Assembly: GCA_041483195.1 (NCBI GenBank)
Contig: JBGPFC010000004.1
Coordinates: forward strand, 64,001 to 128,000
DNA: 64,000 bases
Direction of reading: 5' to 3'
DNA from: Candidatus Eiseniibacteriota bacterium
GTDB lineage: Bacteria > Eisenbacteria > RBG-16-71-46
The translations under genes and the position numbers were made by a program. Below, piece after piece: positions 59,121 to 64,000 of this stretch; the first letter of the stretch is position 1; the number at the start of each line of letters is the position of its first letter. Below the pieces are notes generated by a model that saw only the letters and a list, made by a program, of their open reading frames with translations, was not told the DNA's origin and made no database searches.

Positions 59121-60020
59121 TCAGGGGGTGGACGACGCGCCGCGCTCCGCGCCGGCCGCCTTCGCGGCGAGCGCGGGCCGCGTCTCGTCCCATGCGAAAT
59201 CGTCGCCGTCTGCGACCGGACGCGCGAGCGCGACGTCGGGATCGTGCTCGAGACAGATCCACGCGCGCTCGCGGCACGCCCGCTCGAGCAGCTCGCGCTT
59301 CTCCGCCATGGTCTCGATGGCCGCGACGTCGTAGCCCATCACGTACGGAATGCGCACGTGCGAACGGGTGGGAATGAGATCGGCGACGAAGTAGAGAACG
59401 CCCTCCGGACCCGAGACGCGCACCAGCTGCTGCCCGCGGGTGTGACCGTCGGCGGTGAAGAGCTCGATGCCCGGCCATGGCGCCTGCGGGCCGTCCCAGA
59501 GCGTGAGCACGCCGGCGTCCATGAGCGGCACGTAGTTCTCGGGCAGATAGGACGCGCGCTCGCGCGGGTTGGGCGATCGCGCGTTTTCCCAGTTCTTTCG
59601 CTGCACGTAGTAGCGCGCGCGCGGCAGGCGCGGCACCAGCCGCTCGCCATCGCGGCGCGTCGAGCCCCCCGCGTGGTCGAAGTGCAGGTGCGTCAGCAGC
59701 ACGTCGGTCACGTCCGCCACCCCGAGCCCGAGCGCCGAGAGCGAGCGTTCGAGGGTGTGCGGCTCGAGCTCCACGCGATAGATCTCCCCGAAGCGCGCCG
59801 GGAACTTGTCGCCGATTCCGTCGTCCACCAGCACCCGCCGGCCCTCGCCATCGAGCAGCAGGCACCGCATCGAGAGCCGGATGCGGTTCCGCTCGTCGGG
59901 GGGATTCGTCCGGCTCCACAGGGGCTTCGGGACCGAGCCGAACATCGATCCGCCATCGAGCCAGAGGCCGCCGGTCTCGAGCGTGTGCACCTGCCAGCCA
60001 CCAAGCGTGAGATGAGCCAT
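59121..60020 (-). CDS. MBL-fold metallo-hydrolase (YtnP-like)
   Basis: LDGGSMFGSVPKPLW, THLHFDHAGG, GHTRGQQ, ADL, MGYD, EHDP. Confidence 0.92.
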   Translation of the reverse strand: MAHLTLGGWQVHTLETGGLWLDGGSMFGSVPKPLWSRTNPPDERNRIRLSMRCLLLDGEGRRVLVDDGIGDKFPARFGEIYRVELEPHTLERSLSALGLGVADVTDVLLTHLHFDHAGGSTRRDGERLVPRLPRARYYVQRKNWENARSPNPRERASYLPENYVPLMDAGVLTLWDGPQAPWPGIELFTADGHTRGQQLVRVSGPEGVLYFVADLIPTRSHVRIPYVMGYDVAAIETMAEKRELLERACRERAWICLEHDPDVALARPVADGDDFAWDETRPALAAKAAGAERGASSTP

Positions 60021-60026
60021 GGCGGC

Positions 60027-60055
60027 AGAATCGCCGAAGGGCGATGGACCGTCAA
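60027..60055 (-). promoter_or_regulatory. Leaderless sigma70-like promoter of MBL gene
   Basis: TTGACG-N17-GATTCT-6 nt-ATG; no SD. Confidence 0.5.
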
Positions 60056-60178
60056 CCACCGCGGCTCGCGCCGGGTCCGGACGGCGCCACGACCCGCATT
60101 CCCCCGTGGAGCGGCGTCCGCACGGCTCCTCGTGAGGGACGGAGCGTGCGAACGCCGGCGGCAGGGGCGGGAGGGAAA

Positions 60179-60937
60179 CTAGCGGTAGCGCGCCTTCAGG
60201 GCGCCGAACGTGAGGGGAATGGTGGGCGTCGCGCCGAACGCCGTCACCTCGAATACGAAATCGTTGAAGTCGTTGTCGGTCGGAGTGCAGCAGGGCGCGG
60301 GATTCGCGCCGGTGTCGAGATCCTCGAAGCACACCAGCCACGTGTTGGGGGAGGTCCAGCGCGAGATGTCGAACACCAGCGCCTCGACATCCCCGTCGAA
60401 CGGGGCATGCACCGCGCCGCTTCCGTCGGGACCGCGATCGTTATATAGGCGGTTGGTGAAGAACTTCTCCGGCTCGGGAGCATTGATCGCGTCCCCGGGA
60501 CCGTTCGGATTCATGTAGAACCCGAACCGGGTCATGGTGTGCGGAAAGATGACCACTCGAGTCGTGCCGCTGCCGGCTGGGCCGTCGAACACCACCCCGT
60601 CGTCCACTCCATCGATCACCGGCGGATGGCCGTTCTCGAGATACCAGCCCACCACGTTCCGATTCGCGTTGCCCGCGATCTCCCGCAGCAGCAGCGCGGA
60701 AAACTGGTTGTCCACCCAGAACCAGGGATCGGGGTCCCCGGGGTGCGCCCCGATGTAGTCGTGAGCGACGTCGATCCTTCCGGGGCCGTAGACCGAATCG
60801 ACGATCTTCTGCAGGGTGTTGGTGGGCCCGTCCCAGCTTTGTCCGAAGACCACCGGGACGATTGCGTGGGCGGGAGTCGTCAGGCAGGCCGTCGCGGCAA
60901 CGGACAGCATGACGAAGGTTCTCGCGCAATTCCTCAT
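60179..60937 (-). CDS. Secreted DUF4114-like protein with C-terminal TFGALKARYR tail
   Basis: GGAGAG RBS, signal peptide ending PAHA; EIAGNANRNVVGWY; FEDL...DNDFNDFVFEV; tail ATPTIPLTFGALKARYR. Confidence 0.75.
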   Translation of the reverse strand: MRNCARTFVMLSVAATACLTTPAHAIVPVVFGQSWDGPTNTLQKIVDSVYGPGRIDVAHDYIGAHPGDPDPWFWVDNQFSALLLREIAGNANRNVVGWYLENGHPPVIDGVDDGVVFDGPAGSGTTRVVIFPHTMTRFGFYMNPNGPGDAINAPEPEKFFTNRLYNDRGPDGSGAVHAPFDGDVEALVFDISRWTSPNTWLVCFEDLDTGANPAPCCTPTDNDFNDFVFEVTAFGATPTIPLTFGALKARYR

Positions 60938-61007
60938 GGGAACGCTCTCCGGTGGTGCAGCGCAATAGCTGTCTTGTCTCGGAGGGGACCTCACGGGATT
61001 GGCGCCC

Positions 61008-61099
61008 CGCAGGTTCCGCGCCCAGGAGGGGGGTACAAAGGGCGGGCGCAGAAGTCCGAATGCGCGAAAATTCTACCAGTGCGGATTGCCGAATGACAA
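61008..61099 (-). promoter_or_regulatory. Tandem sigma70-like and sigma54-like elements upstream of the DUF4114-like gene
   Basis: TTGTCA-N18-TAGAAT with extended TG (61070-61099); GGGCGCG-GAAC-CTGC (61008-61023). Confidence 0.5.
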
Positions 61100-61195
61100 G
61101 CGGATTTCAAGTCGAACCGGGGCGGGCGCGACGCGCCCCGGCCCCGAATGCGGTTCGCATTGCGAATCGCACGGTGGGTACCCGAAAGGTCACCC

Positions 61196-62593
61196 CTAGA
61201 TCTGGATGGAGCGGCCGGCCACGGCGAGCGCGGCCTCCTTGACGGCTTCGGGCAGCGTCGGGTGGGCGTGCACGGTGCGCGCGAGGTCCTCGGCGCTCGC
61301 GCCGAGCTCCATGGCCAGCACCAGCTCGGCGATGAGATCGCTCGCCCGCGGCCCCAGGATGTGGGCCCCCAGCACGCGATCGGTGCGGGCGTCGGCCACG
61401 ATCTTGACCTGCCCCTCGCGCTCGTTCATGGCCCGGGCCCGGCCGTTCGCCAGGAATGGAAACGTGCCGATCTTCACCTCTTCGCCCCGCACTCTGGCCT
61501 CTTCTTCGGACAGTCCGACGCTCGCGAGCTCCGGCCACGTGTACACGACGTTCGGAATGCACTCGTACGCGACGTGGCCCGCCTGCCCGGCCATCCGCTC
61601 CGCGGCCGCGATCCCCTCCTCCTCCGCCTTGTGCGCCAGCATCGGCCCGGGAATGACGTCGCCGATCGCGAAGATCCCGGGCACGGCGCTCCGATAGTCG
61701 CGGTCCACGACGATGCGGCCGCGCTCGTCGAAGCGGACGCCGGCGGCCTCCGCCCCCAGTCCCTCCGCGTACGGACGGCGGCCCACCGCGACCAGCAGCA
61801 CGTCGCAGGTCTCATCGCGCGCCGCGTCCCCGGAGCGCAGCGTGACCACGACGCGGTCGCCTTCGACGCGAGCGCCCTCCGCCGATGTGCCGAATCCGAA
61901 GCGGATCCCCTGGCGCTCCAGCGAGCGCTGCAGCAGCCGCCCGCTCTGCCGGTCCATCCCGGGCACCACGCCATCCATGAATTCATATACGGTGACGTCG
62001 CTGCCGAGCCGCCGCCACACCGAGCCGAGCTCGAGCCCGATCGCTCCCGCCCCGATCACGATCAACCGCTTCGGCACCTCGGGGAGCGCGAGCGCGTCGG
62101 TCGAGTGCACGATGCGCCGGCCGTCGAACGCGATGCCGGGCAGCGCAGCGGGCTTGCTGCCGGTCGCGATCAGGATGCGCGGCGCCCGCAGCGTCTGCCG
62201 CGCGTCGCCGCTCGCCACCTCGACCTCGCCGGGAGACACGATGCGGGCCGTGCCGCTCACCCGCTCGACCTTGTTCTTGCGGAACAGCCCTTCGACGCCG
62301 CGCGTGAGATCGCGCACCACGCCATCCTTGCGCTTCATCATGGCCGCGAGGTCGAGCTTCACCGTGGCAATCACGCCGTGCGCCGCCAGCCCCTCGCGCG
62401 CGTGCGCGTAGTGCTCGCTCGAATCGAGCAGCGCCTTGCTGGGAATGCACCCGACGTTGAGGCAGGTGCCCCCCAGCGACGGGTACTTCTCCACGCACGC
62501 GGTCCTCATCCCGAGCTGCGCTGCGCGAATCGCGGCGACGTAGCCCCCGGGGCCGGAGCCGATCACGATCAGGTCGAATCCCGGTTCGCTCAC
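61196..62593 (-). CDS. lpdA: Dihydrolipoyl dehydrogenase (E3)
   Basis: GSGPGGYVAAIRAAQLG, GGTCLNVGCIPSK, GAGAIGLE, HAHPTLPE. Confidence 0.97.
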   Translation of the reverse strand: MSEPGFDLIVIGSGPGGYVAAIRAAQLGMRTACVEKYPSLGGTCLNVGCIPSKALLDSSEHYAHAREGLAAHGVIATVKLDLAAMMKRKDGVVRDLTRGVEGLFRKNKVERVSGTARIVSPGEVEVASGDARQTLRAPRILIATGSKPAALPGIAFDGRRIVHSTDALALPEVPKRLIVIGAGAIGLELGSVWRRLGSDVTVYEFMDGVVPGMDRQSGRLLQRSLERQGIRFGFGTSAEGARVEGDRVVVTLRSGDAARDETCDVLLVAVGRRPYAEGLGAEAAGVRFDERGRIVVDRDYRSAVPGIFAIGDVIPGPMLAHKAEEEGIAAAERMAGQAGHVAYECIPNVVYTWPELASVGLSEEEARVRGEEVKIGTFPFLANGRARAMNEREGQVKIVADARTDRVLGAHILGPRASDLIAELVLAMELGASAEDLARTVHAHPTLPEAVKEAALAVAGRSIQI

Positions 62594-62614
62594 GAAGCGC
62601 CTCCGCCGGGGGCG

Positions 62615-63877
62615 CTACACATCGAGCAGCATGCGCTCGGGGTCCTCGAGGCGCTCCTTCACGTGCACCACGAAACTCACCGCCTGCTCGCCGTCCACGA
62701 GGCGGTGGTCGTAGGAGAGCGCGAGGTACATCATCGGTCGAATCGCCACCTGATCGTCGATCGCGATCGGGCGCTTCTCGATCTTGTGCATGCCCAGGAT
62801 CCCGCTCTGCGGCGGGTTCAGGATCGGGGTGGAGAGCAAGGAACCGTAGACGCCGCCGTTCGAAACGGTGAACGTGCCCCCGGACAGCTCCTGGATGGTG
62901 AGGGTCCCTTCGCGTCCGCGCTCCGCGAGCCGCGCGATCTCGCGCTCGATCCCGGCGAAGCTCATGCGATCCGCATCGCGCACCACCGGCACCACCAGTC
63001 CGCGTCCGGTCTGCACCGCGATGCCCATGTGGACCCGCCTGCGGTAGACGATGTCGCTTCCGCGAATCTCGGCGTTGAGCTCCGGGACCTCGGCGAGCCC
63101 GAGGACGGCCGCGCGCGTGAAGAAGCTCATGAAGCCGAGCCGCACGCCGTGGCGCTTCTCGAAGCTCTCGCGGTAGCGGGCCCGGAGCGCGAGCACCGCG
63201 CTCATGTCGACTTCGTTGAAGGTCGTCAGCGTGGCCGTGGTCTGCTGCGAGCGCACCAGCCGCTCCGCGATGCGGGCACGGATGCGGCTCATCGGCACCA
63301 CGCGCTCGTCGTCCGCCGCCTGCTCCGGGGCGGCGGGCGATTCGGGCACCGGGGCTGCGGGAGGCTCCGCCCCGGACGCGTCGGGGCCGGCGGATGCCGC
63401 ACGCTCCGCCGCGGCCGGCGCGGAAGCCTCCGCCCCGCCGGACGCGCCGCGCTCGAGATGCTGGAGCACGTCCTCCTTCAACAGGCGCCCGCCCTTTCCG
63501 CTCGCGGGGATGCTCGCCGGATCGAGATGGTGCTCCTCGACCAGCCGCCGCACGGCGGGGCTGAGCGCCGGCGCATCCCGCGCCGTGCCCTCGCCGTTTC
63601 CGGCGGGCGCCTCGACCGGAGGGGCGGGTGACGGTCCCGCCGACGCCGCGTCGATGCGCGCGAGCAGGTCGCCCACCACGACGCGGTCGCCGGGCTGGCG
63701 CGCGTGACGCAGCACGCCGGCTCCCGGAGATGCGAGCTCCATCGCGGCCTTGTCGGTCTCGAGCATCGCCACCGGCTCGTCCGCGCGCACCGCGGCGCCG
63801 TCGGGCTTCAGCCACTCGACCAGCACCGCGTCCGAGATCGACTCCGCGAGCCGCGGCACCGTGAGCTCGAGGCTCAA
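62615..63877 (-). CDS. sucB: 2-oxoglutarate dehydrogenase E2 (dihydrolipoamide succinyltransferase)
   Basis: Lipoyl ETDKA, E3-binding [44 protein letters not shown]. Confidence 0.96.
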   Translation of the reverse strand: MSLELTVPRLAESISDAVLVEWLKPDGAAVRADEPVAMLETDKAAMELASPGAGVLRHARQPGDRVVVGDLLARIDAASAGPSPAPPVEAPAGNGEGTARDAPALSPAVRRLVEEHHLDPASIPASGKGGRLLKEDVLQHLERGASGGAEASAPAAAERAASAGPDASGAEPPAAPVPESPAAPEQAADDERVVPMSRIRARIAERLVRSQQTTATLTTFNEVDMSAVLALRARYRESFEKRHGVRLGFMSFFTRAAVLGLAEVPELNAEIRGSDIVYRRRVHMGIAVQTGRGLVVPVVRDADRMSFAGIEREIARLAERGREGTLTIQELSGGTFTVSNGGVYGSLLSTPILNPPQSGILGMHKIEKRPIAIDDQVAIRPMMYLALSYDHRLVDGEQAVSFVVHVKERLEDPERMLLDV

Positions 63878-63999
63878 GTTGCGCCTCCCACGCGCCGCGC
63901 GCGGAGCGGCGCGTCTCCCGCCAGGCGCTCGACGATCCTCGGATCGGGCGCCGCGAACGCGGCCTCGAGCAGCGCCTGTTCCTGGTCGACGTGCATCTG
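63874..63999 (-). CDS. sucA: 2-oxoglutarate dehydrogenase E1, C-terminal end (partial)
   Basis: [15 protein letters not shown]...GGAT*, the SucA-type HxxxQxxLxxxAF ending. Stop overlaps the sucB TTG. Confidence 0.75.
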   Translation of the reverse strand, partial: QMHVDQEQALLEAAFAAPDPRIVERLAGDAPLRARRVGGAT

Positions 64000-64000
64000 G

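Overview
High-GC, gene-dense bacterial chromosomal window. I found no prophage, transposase or CRISPR array. T9SS/FlgD-type C-terminal domains, a gingipain, GWxTD proteins and a '...TFGALKARYR' tail suggest an FCB-related candidate lineage such as Ca. Eisenbacteria (inference only). Contents in order: GWxTD-like gene (partial), M6 and M23 peptidases, and a deoxynucleoside kinase. Then a ~24 kb minus-strand Wzx/Wzy exopolysaccharide cluster ending in an exosortase/EpsI/TPR/PrsK/PrsR (PEP-CTERM-type) module. Then a GT-C, tRNA-Glu and tRNA-Gln with gltX, a C25 gingipain, an orphan ABC binding protein, an Xaa-Pro peptidase, a UvrD helicase-nuclease fusion, SuhB, a receiver protein and a GWxTD/TPR protein. 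Then an ArsR-led Fet-like metal-uptake operon, an RND pump, DedA, an MBL hydrolase, a DUF4114-like secreted protein and lpdA-sucB-sucA (partial). Most interesting: (1) a Fet-like iron-uptake operon whose ABC ATPase is fused to a DtxR/IdeR-like metal-sensor domain with an eroded DNA-binding head. The operon also has an FTR1-DUF2318 fusion, no p19, an ArsR with its own operator palindrome, and a Cys-less rhodanese-methyltransferase. (2) A CapD/PglF dehydratase fused to a catalytically degenerate phosphoglycosyl-transferase domain. (3) A DUF4114-type protein carrying a non-PEP-CTERM C-terminal tail and sharing a sigma54-like element with the exosortase/EPS operon. All calls come from motif reading by eye; no database searches were run.
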